Source: Lytechinus pictus (lineage: Eukaryota). Taken from it: a DNA stretch of 64,000 nt. Below the pieces are notes generated by a model, which saw nothing but the letters and a program-made list of their open reading frames with translations, had not been told where the DNA came from and ran no database searches. Position numbers and translations under genes: made by a program. This document shows positions 37,919 through 51,311 of the stretch, in pieces. The stretch covers positions 41,478,001 through 41,542,000 of the forward strand of contig NC_087245.1 of the NCBI RefSeq assembly GCF_037042905.1, read 5' to 3'. Positions within the stretch are counted from its first letter, which is position 1. Every line of letters starts with the position of its first letter.

Positions 37919-39309
37919 ATATGTCACAGGAACGTAAGCTAGAGTGGTAGTGTGATCACGTCAATCAACAACATGCATAAACATGACGATGAACAAACTC
38001 GTAGCTATTTAAGTCATGGTGATGATCAATGCATCAGTGACTTTCTAATATCCAGGGCCTCGATCATTTTACCAGCAAACGTTATCATGTTCGTGTCTAG
38101 TTTCATTAGATGAACAGACCCGTCACATGTTTATCCCCGATTTCATTCATTGTCTGGGAAAGCCTGCAAAGATCTAATGCCTATTGTGACAGTTTGTGTA
38201 GAGAAATAGCAGCCCAATAAATTACCTGGAAAAGGTCTTTAAATTGTTCATACACTTTTTGGTGGCACATGAGATCTTGACTTGCAAAGCATATCTTGGA
38301 GAACATTTTACATATTTCATCAGAAGTTGATTTTTTTTAAATGCATATAATGTATAAATATATATATATATTGTATATATATATGATAAGAAAATGAGTA
38401 AGTGGGGATGTGACATCATCAGCTTGCTCAATGCATATTCATGACAACAGGACTGTTTCACTGAAATAATGCTAATTGGATCTTTGGATTTTACAATAAA
38501 TGTCAGTGTATGTTTATCTGATTTTAATCTATCTGCTCAACTTAAAAATAATATTGTTACTGTTAGCCTCTTAAAACTAGACCTACCTAATTGAAAGAAC
38601 TACCAAATTCCCTCCAAAAAGCTGCCCCCATTCTCTCTGCTTAAATTTTGGTTCCATGATGTAGATAAAAATTGACTAATTCAGATTCATATGCCTTGAC
38701 AAATGATATTGAATGTACAACTTTGAATCGGAATAAAACAACACAAACCCTGCAATTTCTCATGTGCAAATAAAGCGTTTTCTTTAAATTTTTTTTAGTT
38801 TGTTCATTTTCCCATCTCCATCCGTCCTTCCTGCTAATTCTACAAATCCACCCAGCTCACGTAGGCATCAATCCTTCAAACTCATTTCACACTCAAATTG
38901 AATGATATAATAACGATCCACCTGTCAAGGCCAACATCATTACCCTCATCATCGTGGCATTCCACATGATGATTCCGAGGAAAATCGCACCAAAAACATA
39001 TCATCGGGAATGAATTTCACAGATGATGGTATCATGGAAATATTAATTGTATTCCTCGTGTCTAGACCCTCAATTAACGTTTTTCGCCAGTATTTTTTAG
39101 TTTGTAGTGGTTGGATCTAGGGTGTGTTTATGCACACTTTGGCACCCTAGAATCAGGATTTGATACAAAATGTTTAAAATTTCTGCAGATTCATGGTTGT
39201 GGAACAATAATAATAGACATGTATCAAATCACAAACACGAAACACAGAAAAGGGGGCTTTGGAAAGATGTTTCTGCAGAACCACATTCTAAAAAGGTAGC
39301 ATAAATATA

Positions 39310-39838
39310 TTAAAGGGATAGTCCGGGTTGAAAATATTTATATCTGAATAAATAAATTAAAATTCACAGAGCAAAATGCTAAAAATTTCATTAAAATTGG
39401 ATAATAAAATAACAAAGTTATTGAAATTTAAAAGTTTATCAATCTTATGTTATTACATGAAACAATAAATGTTTCATTTTTCATACATGTGTAAATGATG
39501 TGTCTCCATTATGAGGAAATAAGTTGCAGCAATAAATAACTAATGCACTTACTCAGTTAACAATCCAATTGTTTTAGTTCTTGGTGTAAATTTTTTGAAT
39601 AAACCTAATTTCATATACTTAATACAAAAGAACAAATGGGGATATGACATTAGCCCAAGCACCTAATAATATTCATAAAGACATGCCTAGGACTGTTTCA
39701 CCGGAATAATGCAAATCTTTAAATTCAATAACTTTGTTATTTATCATCCAATTTTGATCGAATTTTCAGCATTTTGCTTTGTGAATTTTACTCTATTTAT
39801 TGAGATATGAATATTTCCAGCCTAGACCATCCCTTTAA
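39310..39838 (+). mobile_element. Kolobok/T2-type MITE family C (internal deletion)
   Basis: TTAA-AGGGATAGTCCGGG...CTAGACCATCCCT-TTAA. Confidence 0.88.
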
Positions 39839-40188
39839 ACAGAATTTCAAATAATGATGATATTACGACACCATTGTGTCAGCCTAATCCTGTGTTCATG
39901 CCATACTGCATGCTGCCTGCGGTATTCTTCGCTTTCGCTTCTCACAGTACAGAGCCGTGTACACATGTATTGGAAATCAAGGTTGTGCATCTTTTCCAAT
40001 TAAAACCCTCACGGAAGTTCAAAGCAGATAATATCTGATTGATTTTATATCAATATTTTTTAGCCATCAACAATGGCTATTAAGAGCTGTCATTTTAGAA
40101 TGTTCCAAATTGGACTGAAATTTCCATTACCAATAGAGCAAAAACTTACATTCCAACCAAATCCTATTTAAAAACAATGTTTTTTTAG

Positions 40189-40385
40189 CAGTGGCATACA
40201 GACCGGGGGGGGGGGGCTTGGGGGCGCTTACGCCTCCCCCAAAAAAAAATTCACGAGAGAAAAAAAAAGAAAAGGAAGAGAGAAGAGAGTAGGGTAAAAT
40301 ATGATATATCTTTCACTGAATATTACATGTCAAAATTTATCACTAAAATTGAATTTTGCAAAAAAAATGTCAATATTTTTGATTA
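40189..40385 (+). mobile_element. 5' part of a CAGTGGC (hAT-like) element
   Basis: Starts CAGTGGCATAC followed by G/C runs; shares its interior with 20070-20140. Confidence 0.5.
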
Positions 40386-40672
40386 GCCAGTGTCAATTTC
40401 ACTTCAGTTTTAACAAGACTCAATCAGATCAACTTCCCTGAATTAATTTTATTAAAGAAAATCACACTTGTCAATCATGCAATGTTTATTCATTAACTTT
40501 ATGAGCATGACAATGTACCAATCAAGCAATTCAATGTCACTTTTTCTAACTCCCAATTAGGATTTATTTATTGTGACCTTGGTCAGTCTGACATTGTAAA
40601 TCATTTATGTATTCCGTGATCTTTATTGATGGGCATGTGCAAAGACATTATCCCAGTTGGCACCTGTACCTA

Positions 40673-41259
40673 TTAAAGGGATGGTCCGGGCTGAAAATAT
40701 TTATATCTTAATACATAGAGTAGAATTTACTGAGCAAAATGCCGAAAATTTCACCAAAATCGGATAACAAATAATAAAGTTATTGAAGTTTAAAGTTTAT
40801 CAATTTTTTGTGAAAACAGTCGTCATGAATATTCATTAAGTGGGCTGATGATGTCACATCTCCACTTTCCGTTTTCTTATGTTATTAGATAAAATCATAA
40901 TATTTTCATTATTTCGTACTTGTGTGAATATGTCTCCCTTAAAATGAAATAAGTTGCAGCAATAAATGTCTAATGCACTAAATCAGTTGTCAATCCAATT
41001 TTTCTAGTTCTTGGAGGAAAAAAATTGAATAAACCTAATTTCATGTAATAAAATACAAAAGAACAAGTGGGGATGTGACATCATCAGCCCACCTAATGAA
41101 TATTCATGACGACTGTTTTCACAAAATATTGCTAAATTTTAAAATTCAATACCTTTGCTATTTGTTATCCGATTTTGATGAAATTTTCGGCATTTTGCTC
41201 AGTGAATTCTAATCTATTTATTAAGCTATAAATACTTTCAGCCCGGACCATCCCTTTAA
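40673..41259 (+). mobile_element. MITE family C, full length
   Basis: TTAA-AGGGATGGTCCGGGCTGAAA...TTTCAGCCCGGACCATCCCT-TTAA; perfect 20-bp TIR. Confidence 0.92.
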
Positions 41260-41389
41260 GTCTACTGCAAATTCAGAATAAATGCATTAACAGGAAAGGC
41301 ACATATGAGAAGAGGAGATTTAGTTTTAAAGATGACATTTTTGTTGTTTTATTTGTTAATAGAACTCTGATGAGTGTCCCTTTGATAAG

Positions 41390-41746
41390 GGGGCCATTAA
41401 GCTAAGAGTGACTTTAAGAACGACTGGTGATCCTTTCTTGTGGGAAATGATATTCACCGTTAAATGTTCATTGGTAACTATTTAGCGCATAAGAAGTTCA
41501 AGTTTTATTTTTCATTTCCATCATTAACATTATAAAGAAATACAAATCAAACATACATCATATATATAAACAAATACAAATACAAATCAAATATGATTAC
41601 AACATAATGATTACAATTCAATTTCAAATTACACATCATTTGTAAAATAGTTTTAACAAAATCCTGTATGAAAATGAGGTCAAGAAAGGTTCACCAGTTG
41701 TTGTCATAGTCGTTCCTAACTTACAAACAGCTTTATAAAATGGCCC
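41390..41746. mobile_element. Family G MITE, diverged, with an internal insertion of about 185 bp (41496-41681)
   Basis: Arms match 33824-33994 (GACTTTAAGAACGACTGGTGA; TCACCAGT...AACAGCTTTAT); insert flanked by AAGAA. Confidence 0.75.
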
Positions 41747-41888
41747 CAGGTCTCTTCACATTTGAGTAGATTGGGAGTTTGTACTAATTGTAGTGCATCA
41801 TCTTGAATATTGTAGAAATGATTATTGATATTTCTCCCTACCACCACACCCCCCCCCCTCTAAAAAAAGGTCCTCATTTGGATACTTT

Positions 41889-42205
41889 GGCCCGTATTCT
41901 GAAGTCAGGTTTAACTTAGACCATGGTCCAAGTCTGTGTTTAAAACTAAGGGGAGCCAAAAATTCTAACATTCTGTTTATATTGTATATTTCTTATGCTT
42001 ACTATTTTGTTTCTTTCTGCTTTCATAATGAAGAAAAATACTTTAGAATACTTCAGTTATCATTCCCAGACAGTTTGGGAGTCATACATATGAGTTAATA
42101 AATCGGATGTGTACTGTTAGGGATTTGTGCCCCCATTGGCTCTCCATAGTCACACCACAACTTTAAACAAGGGTTTAATCTAAACCCGAGTTCAGAAATC
42201 GGGCC
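41889..42205. mobile_element. Harbinger-like MITE (family H)
   Basis: TIR GGCCCGTATTCTGAA / TTCAGAAATCGGGCC, flanked by TTT and TAT. Confidence 0.7.
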
Positions 42206-42400
42206 TATATATTCAAAATGTAAAATCCTTAATGCGATTAATTTTTATCAAATGGATAATTCAATGACAAAATATTGAATATATCATATCATATTTTCAA
42301 AATAAAAAAAGGAAATGTGAGTCATGAAATCATCAGATCATCCATTTCATGATGAAATGATATCTCCAATAAACTTTGTAAACTTTTATATTCATGCACT

Positions 42401-42606
42401 TTGTTAATACGCTCTGGCCGAGTAATGAGTAATAAATAATTGTCATAGAGTGGCGGACTCTTTTTCATTTATTTATTTTTTTATTTTTTTGTATTCCTTA
42501 TTTTTGTTAATACGCTCTGGCCGAGAAATGAGTAATAAATCATTGTCATAGAGTGGCGGACTCTTTTTTATTTATTTATTTATTTTTTTTTTTTTTGTAT
42601 TCCTTA
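42401..42606. repeat. 103-bp tandem duplication
   Basis: TTGTTAATACGCTCTGGCCGAG...GTATTCCTTA repeated at 42401 and 42504, nearly identical. Confidence 0.9.
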
Positions 42607-42900
42607 CACAATCGTCACATTTTTGGCATTACTTTGTTATAATCAATTTACTTACCTGTCCTCTCCTCATTAAGACCGATTTTTTTTCTGGATCCTGCAG
42701 ACTTAACAAGCCTTGCTCTTTTATGCAGGTTCCCTCATATTTCACTCTTTTAAATTGTCTTTAATTCCAAATCGCTATTTTCTTTAATTTGAATTAATTG
42801 TTATGCCTTGTCTGATTTGTATTCTCATAAGTTTTCTGATATTGTTTCATAATTTTGTTTGTACTTGAGATGAAATATGTGAAATAAATCAAATCAAAAA
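42607..42900 (+). mobile_element. Probable LINE 3' UTR remnant
   Basis: T-rich 3'UTR-like sequence ending GAAATAAATCAAATCAAA (polyA signal plus (AAATC)n tail). Confidence 0.45.
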
Positions 42901-45900
42901 TCCAAGAGCAAATCCTAAAAATAGAACGAAAAACAATATTAATAAAGACCACACAATCTCATTGATGTCAAATAACTTGAAAATATAGCGAAGTAGGTAA
43001 TTTTTCTGTGATTTAGATAAAATTTCAATGCTTTTTTTATTAATTCAAATTGACTTCATCTCGTGATGGAGAAAACACCTTTACAAAGGGCATTTCAAAT
43101 AAAAGAACAAAGTGACAGAATTATGCAAAAAAGGCCTCATTTATCAATTTGAAACAGAATGATTATGTGGATACATTTATAAATACAATAAACCAAATAA
43201 ATAAATGGTAAAACATGCTGAAAAACAGCAATTTATCGTGTCCCTCGAAGCATGTGTTGCAGACTCGTGATGTGGACAATTGTCATTCTATTAGATTAGA
43301 TGATGGCGAATACAGAGCATTGCGTGATAATTTTTTGCCCATTGCAAGCTAGTGCAGACGAAAGGCCCTCGGGCTCTCTTACTAATTGTATACAAATCAT
43401 ATGTAATACCATGCATATTGAGGCTTTATTCCTGGCTTTAGTGATATTAACGTGATAGATGAGAGGGAAACACACTGCAAGCACCCTCCCCCAAAACAAA
43501 TCATCTTAAATGATCATTGGTGGGAATCATACTGAATATTCAGCAAAATAGGTATTATTTATCAATGCCAACGATGATGAAATCAATTCAAACAAAATTC
43601 AACAAAATTACCTCCCAAGTCGAGTATCTAGGCTAAATGTTTCCAAAACAATTCAGGAGAAAATTACCTAATTACTGAGAAATTAGCATAAGCATGGGAT
43701 ATTGTCAATTGACTGGTCTTTTTCCCTATTAGAATTAAGTGTATTATAATACAGTCATGCCCTTAGTATGCTGAATATGAAGTGGTATAAAACTTCATTT
43801 TTTCAAACACTTGCTCACCGTGGGATTTTAAAAACATTCATGATTTTGCAATAGTAAATTATATAGGACTATATTACTTTGGGATCTACATCATGCCAGT
43901 TTTCCTTCGAATAGATCACTCGCCTTTAATACTTCAAATAATCAAAATTCACATAACATTTTGTAGGTTCTAGCAATGTTTGTTTACTCTGCAACTCTTC
44001 TGAATGTTGTAGATTGTGGTACATCAAATTCTTGTCACTAATATATCTTGCCTGTGTTGAGAGTGGTCTCTCATTTTATTCTTCTCAATACCCATTAATC
44101 TAAATTACTAAACTTACATGAACATCATTGATAATTCAAACTTCCCTGGCTTCAACAATATAGGCCTATAGAGTTGTAAAGTAATTATTGTGTTCCAAAA
44201 TCCAGACCTCCATTTCTATCTTCATTCTCTCTCAATATCCTGCCAACCCAACCCCAAGATGCGACCTGTTTGGAATAAAGATGTCACTCAAGAGAGAGAT
44301 AATGTCCGACTTGGGTGTGGAATGCCACAAAACGGTCCAGAAAATCTTGAACATCGTACCATCCCAAACTTCAAATACCCTGAGCACCCTTTCACAAACA
44401 GTATCAATCCACCATCCATCATCCCCTATCCTTCCTAAATCCACGCTCACCTTCTCCCCTGAACCAGTTACCAAACAAAAGTGATCCATTATTTACCCTT
44501 AAATCCATTATTTACCGCCAAATCACTCGCATTATTGAATACCAGGACTCTGAAGGTGAAGACCTCATGAACCCTTTCCTCAGTCATCAATCGGTGGTGT
44601 TCATTTATTTATATGATTTTCCCCAATCTTCATAAGCAATACCAACCCTGATGGACTTCCAGACCGGTTCTGACAAAAAGTTTCTTTTTTTCTTCATTCT
44701 TTCTCTCACATCACCTGCTGTCACCTTTCACCTACCAGGGTTCAAGTTTACCCCCCTGGGGCACGAGAATGCACCCCTAATGGCACCTTTGCAGTTTCCC
44801 CCTGTTGCCAGACCATTCTGCACCCAAGTCCAAATATTTGTGCCCCGGTGTTTTCGTAGGCGAGACCCGCAGGGGGACTTTCCTCGCGAGCTGGAGGAGA
44901 GTCAGTTCTGGAGATGGATTTAACGAGACATCTTAGTAAAGTTCATACTTCAAAAGAAATGTTCAGCAAACAATATGCCTTCTGAAAAAAAATGTCTACA
45001 GCCTGCTATGTTGTGTCTTTGTTGTGAGGTTTTTTTTTTCCATGACTTGTCAGTCATCTTTTAGCACAGTAACAGTCCAAGAAATTACTTTTGGAAAATG
45101 AAAATTTGTAACAGGCTTTTATCCTCCATAAATCACTATGTTCACATTTAATAACATATTTTTAAGAAACATGCCAATGATCAACTTTTGAAGTTGTGCA
45201 AGTTTTTGTAATCTAAATATTGAATTTTAAAAAAAGTTTGAATTCAATGTACAACTAGATGAAAGATCATCTCAATTATGTGGAAGATGCTATCCAAAGA
45301 CTGGTACAATTAGAAACAGATAAAATGTAAATGTCTAAGTTGAAAACTGCAAATCTACATTTTTTAAATCATTTTATTTCTTTATGGTAATTGGTATTGA
45401 AACCGTTAAATCTGCATGGAATGAAACATAAATGGATGTGGTCACCAGATAAGACAGTTGCCCATGGAGGTTCCATACCAAGGAACAATTGGGCAAAACA
45501 GCAATTAGCCCAAATCCATAGTAGACCACATGGGTTCAGCTATAGTGGTACCAGACAATGTGATTATTTGACCAACTGGTGGTAGATCAAGTAGATGTTA
45601 AAGTTACCGGAGTATACTGCACTTTTTAGTAGGGTACCCATTACCACATGGCAGCCAATTAGGAACACTGTTGTGAGGATCAAAGCTAATTTCACCCCCA
45701 GACCAGTTAAACTATAACATTTCTAGGAACAAGATAGGGGTGTGAACAGGTGGATTGGGACCATGCTAATTCAATTGGTGACCTCCTTGATGATGACAGA
45801 TTTCAATGTCACTGTTCACACTGGGTACTGAAGGACGTTCAGGATTGAATGTGGTTTAAAATTGAATCAAGGTTGTAACTATGCCACAACAATCTTATAT

Positions 45901-45980
45901 TGTTTCAATCCAACTTGAAGTGCAACATTTGTTATCCACAACTGCAGGTATAGGGTTTTAATTAACATTTCTAAAATATC

Positions 45981-46730
45981 AACAAGCGTGTCGCTGGGGC
46001 GAGCACATAAAACGCCCGCCTGTAACGCGGAAAATTGACTTATTGGTCAAGCAAGAAAAGTGAAAGGTGGCGACTTGACTTTTGAACTTTGACCTACAAA
46101 TCAATAGGCTTCCTGGGATCCATGCTAGTATCATCCAAAAAAAATTATATGAGCCTAGGTTAAGTTTAACTAAAGTTATCGCGTTTACAAGGACTGCAGA
46201 AGGGTAAGATGAAAACATGTCACTGTGACCTTGTCCTTTGACCTTTTGACTTCAAAATCAATAGGCTTCCTGGGATCCATGCTAGTATCATACAAACCAA
46301 ATTATATGAGCCTAGGTTAAGTTAAACTAAAGTTATCGCGTTAACAAGGACTGCAGAAGGGTAAGATGAAAACATGTCACTGTGACCTTGTCCTTTGACC
46401 TTTTTACTTCAAAATCGAGAGGCTTCTTGGGATCAATGCTAGTAACATACAAAGCAAATTATATGAGCCTAGATTAAGTTAAACTAAAGTTATCGCGTTT
46501 ACAAGGACTTCAGAAGGGTAAGATGAAAACATGTCACTGTGGCCTTGACCTTTGTCCTTTTGACCTCAAAATTAATAGGCTTCCTGGGTATTTTACTAGT
46601 ATCATACACATCAAATTATACGAGCCTAGGTTCAGTCAAACTGAAGTTATCGCGTTTACAAGGAAAAGTTAAACGGACGGACACCGAATGTAATACCATA
46701 ATACGTCCCGTCTAGGACGGGCGTATATAA
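45981..46730 (+). mobile_element. Non-autonomous Helentron/pearl (CvA/Tsp)-like element carrying a 157-bp tandem array
   Basis: Starts AACAAG; subterminal IR ACGCCCG / CGGGCGT; ACGGACGGAC microsatellite; 3' hairpin TACGTCCCGTC-TAG-GACGGGCGTA; repeats in register at 46101, 46258, 46415, 46572. Confidence 0.82.
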
Positions 46731-47232
46731 ATGATTAGATTTTAGCGAAATAATGCTATGAGCTCTATAGAATTTTCTTAATGCATACAAGAAATTGATC
46801 TGCTATAAGTGGCAGCTGAAGATATAGCCAGAGTAATAATATTTGCACTTTGTATCCTCTGGAACTCTGGAAAAGGCACTATATTGAAATCTAGCTGTCA
46901 TTTGATAGGCCTTGGTGCCCATTTGTTGCAGAGAAAGACAGCAATTAATCAAGTTATAAATCAGGGACCTGAATCATAAAACTTCTAATAAGAAGACCCA
47001 TATGAAACTTCTATGACAAAGATGCTATCAGCCAATCATACGTCAACATCTACCATAACTTAGACCAGCATACAAAAACCCCACAAAGCAGGGTGTCTTA
47101 AAGACAGTTTCCAAACTGTATCATAAAACATACATGTGAAACTTCTACGTCAAAGATGCTCTCGGCCAATCATATTCCACCATTCATTCTTAGAGTAGCA
47201 TGAAAAACAGTTTCATGAATAAGGCATCATAT

Positions 47233-47824
47233 TTAAAGGCATGGTCCAGTCTGGAAATATTTATATCTCAATAAATAGAGTAAAATTCACAGAGCAAAAA
47301 GCTGGAAATTTCATCAAAATCGGATAACAAATAACAAAGTTATTGAATTTTAAAGATTTGCATTATTCTGGTGAAACAGTTCTAGGCATGTCTTCATGAA
47401 TATTCATTAGGTTGGCTGATGTCATATCCCCACTTGTTCTCTTGTATTTCATTATATGAAATAAGGTTTACTCAAAATGTTTCTACCAAAAACTAAAACA
47501 ATCGGATTGACAACTGATTAAATGCTGCAACTTATTTCATCATAATGGAGACACATCATTTATACATACTGAAAAAATGAAAAATTCATGATTTCATGTT
47601 ATAACATAAGAAAAAGGAAAGTGGGGATGTGACATCATCAGCCCACCTAATAAATATTCATGACGATGTGCATATAACTGTTTTCACACAATATTGATAA
47701 ACTTTAAAATTCAATAACTTCGCTATTTGTTATCCGATTTTGATGAAATTTTCAGCATTTTGCTCTGTGAATTTTACTCTATTTATTTAGATATAAATAT
47801 TTTCAGCCCGGACCATCCCTTTAA
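47233..47824 (-). mobile_element. MITE family C, full length, inverted
   Basis: TTAA TSDs; AGGCATGGTCC...GGACCATCCCT; interior is the reverse complement of the 39310 and 40673 copies. Confidence 0.9.
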
Positions 47825-50819
47825 AGACAATATCCATGTTGTGAAATATGACCCTGTATCATAAAACTTCTAATAAAAAAGCCCATGTGAAACTTCTCTG
47901 TCAAAGATGCTATAAGCCAATCATATGCCACCATTCACCAGAAGAGAGTAGCTTAGGACTTTCATGAAACAGGGAAGCTTCCTGCCCACCGCAAGATGAC
48001 TCATCGGTCTTTCTACACTCCTCTAATCAATGAACAAGATCATGACGTCTTTACCCTCACATACTGGTCATTTGTAATGGATGTAATTATATGCTCTCAC
48101 CTTGCCAATGGTCATTAGTTCAAGGCTTTGAATCTAAGCTGTTAATGAAGACGTTGATCATACGAAGTAATCCCACTGATGTGTCACAATGCATAATGAT
48201 GGGTTTTTATTGCATTGAGGGGAAATACCTGTCAATCACAATTTATTGTACTCTTTATTATGTATGGAGTCAGCCCACACTCCAGAGTCATACAACATTC
48301 TAAGAATTATAATCAAATGATTTAACATATCTTGACAAGATAGTGTACAGGTCTTTTGAATTCACAGAGATAAAATTTCTCTGAAAGCGATTTTTAAATC
48401 TTTCTTTTTAATTTTTAATCTATTTATTTTCATTATTTTCTTATTTTGTAATTCCCATATTAGTTTGATATTTCCTTTCATTCTTTATTTTCATTAATTT
48501 ATTTTGGGGGTAGCCAAGTTGTCCTTGCCTTTATTTCTCAAATCAGTATCCCTTTTTAGGGGATAAACCTCAAAATTTGTATTATTTGTTTTCAAAACTA
48601 TTATTCTTGCTACATTATTAATATTTTATCATAGACATATTTGATGATGGATGGAAAGATTCAATATAACCTTGACAGGCATAACTTTATTTTAAAAACT
48701 ATTGATGTACTTTCAAGTTCCAAAGGGTAAAATCATATCCACTTTAATCAATTTATTCATTCATTCATTCATTCCTCATATATCCACTAGCACATGTGTA
48801 TTTTCGCAGTAGTTCTTCCATAATGATCTGGCTGGCAAACCCCTATTCACTATATCCTGAAATTCCCTGATAAACTTGAACCATTTTAATGTCAATCAGG
48901 CTTAGATGGAAATGAAGGATCCATTCCATACCAGACTGTAAGCGATAGCTTCCAGTCACGCACCCGACCGCGCACATACTAATAGGCCAGTGTAACAAAA
49001 GTAAGTGATAGTCAGTCATTGACCAAGCCTACTTTCAACATCTTGCCCAAAAGCCAAGACTTCTATAAAAAGAGTTCAAGAAAGTGCTCTGTTCTACTTT
49101 TTTAAATTCTTTCAAAGCCTACTTAGAGGACTATTTCATCCTGAATGGTATGCAAACCATGCGCAATTGCCATAGAAAATTTTTAAAGAAATGAAATACG
49201 TATAACTTCATATATTAATCAAAGAAATTTTAAAGAAATTTCTACAGCTATAAAGCCTGTTTTTAGCTTTGGTAAATCCCCTAAAATGCATCGATCACTA
49301 TTTAAATTCATTACTAGATTATATGAATGTGTATGCTCTAAAAGTTATGATGAGATAGATATGAAATGAAAATTTATTTACAGATCAAATATTGTGATTT
49401 TTGTACGCATGAAAATGTATTTTGATCGGGTGCATAATAAAACAAGAATATCTGTATCTGGTTTTCTTTTTGATATAAAACTACCTATTCTCAAGCAAGG
49501 AATGTGCTAAAAATTGCACTGGATAATATCAAGGCCTGCAGCTTTGTGATATACATTCATTCAATTTATAAGAAAAGTGCTCACGGTACCCTTTTTTTAA
49601 AGAAAAATAAAATTATCACTGAAAGAGTGTGCTAAGTGCAGATATCTAGATTTCAACATTTGAAATTTTCACAGAGACGGAGGTTGAAAAAAGATTAAAC
49701 GGTTGCTACACTTTTGTAAGATCAGAATGTCATATGACACTCTGTTATAATTTCACGTTATTGACCCTTAAACAAAGCTTTATCTAGGCTTCAAATTAAG
49801 AATATCAATGCTGCGGAGTACATTTAATTTGAGAACGTAGACAATACATTTAAACGTAACACAGAACTTACCAACGAGTTCAACAACAAGGTTTACAGCC
49901 AAGTAAATTTAGTTTGTTAGCTATGTTCCTACACTTATTGGCTACCTTCTTGCAGAATAGAAACTGATCTGTCAAGTCACACTGAATGGGCAAATATTAA
50001 GGGGAAAATGTTGAAAAGTTATGACATTTTGTTTTAGGAAGAACCTTGTCTATGTCATGTTTAGAAAACCATGTACATCAAATTACATTAAAATGTATAA
50101 AGAGGAGTGACTTCAGTAAGATGCGCTTCAGATACTACTTTATTGACTTTGAACTCGTATTCAACTTCAATCCATACAGCTAGAGGGAAAAGGGAGTAAA
50201 TCACAAATTAATCATTTATTAGATATTGATAATAGTACTTTTTTTTTAAAGAATGCTTCGTTTTCACCAAAATTTAATTAATGTGCTCACATAGAAGTAT
50301 ACCCCGCAATCACCATGATGTCACAATTACATCAATGAAATGAAAGAAGTACATGTATTTCCAAATTTTTACAGAAAAGATGATTTTTCAATTGCTTCCT
50401 TCTTGCGAGTGTATAATGGTTGATTGATTGGAATTTAAATGTCACACAATAGCCTATCAGCTTCGCAATCAATCACTCCGAACCCCTCTGCATTCCTCCT
50501 TATTCAAGCGATGGGAACAGAATGGTATTCTTTCTCCTGGTCTTATAACAAGCATGAATGTGAAATCAATGGATTTGTAAGTTTGAGAAATGAAATGAAT
50601 GTGAAATCAATGGTTTGTAAGTTTGAGAAGGGAGGAAGAGTGTTGATCTTCACAAAAAGTTATCTTATTTTAATCAAGTTGTCCATGCACATCATACAAA
50701 AGGTAAACCAACAAGTTTAATATTTTGTTTTATTTGATAAAGCATAATGTTTTTAAATACACAAGTTTTTTTTTACTTTGATCCTTCTTTGTAACTTTTA
50801 AAAAATGTTCATCATTAAT

Positions 50820-51168
50820 TTCCTTTCTTTTGTCTTTTTTTTTCTTCTCCCTCCATCCTTCTCCTACTCTCTTGCTTCCTTACTTACTCAATCAATCTTG
50901 TCTTTATTTCTCTGATTTTTCATTCTTTCTATTTATCATTTTGTCTTTCATTAATTTCCCCTTCCTCATTTCCTTCCTTACGATCTCTTTTAGTTTCCTT
51001 TCTCTTCCTTTTCTTTCATAATTTTTTTTTCCTTCCTTCCTTCCTTCATTCCTTCCCTTTGTCTCTCCTTTTTTTTCTTTCTATCTTTCATTCTTTTTCT
51101 CTCTTTCTTTAGACTTTACGAGCCTTCTATCTAGATATCTGTCTATATGTATATCTGTCTTATCTCTC
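50820..51168. repeat. Polypyrimidine (CTTT/CCTT) low-complexity tract
   Basis: Direct inspection; similar tracts at 6630-6790, 7460-7610, 17060-17180, 24560-24960, 32200-32390, 54230-54360. Confidence 0.85.
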
Positions 51169-51311
51169 TATGAAAGTAAAATGTTCTGTGTCAGCGAATG
51201 AAGTTGCTCAACAATCGGTCCAAAATTGAACAGATGCCACCGAGTCAAACTTTTCTTATAATATCCATGTTGAGTGTTTACACTGTCCTGTCCCTTCCAA
51301 ACCCAACTAAC

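Noticed and set aside
37723-37950. Recurrent ORFs ...SSFAY.PGCAYNCFVKLS... (1305, 20380, 37723, 63086, 63492)
   Set aside because: Chance reading frames in the arms of MITE family A, with variable starts and stops.
4697-51311. Near-equal lengths of introns 2 and 4 (22564 versus 22911 bp) as evidence of internal gene duplication
   Set aside because: There is no colinear similarity between the introns beyond dispersed TEs, and the flanking exons are non-homologous; probably coincidence.
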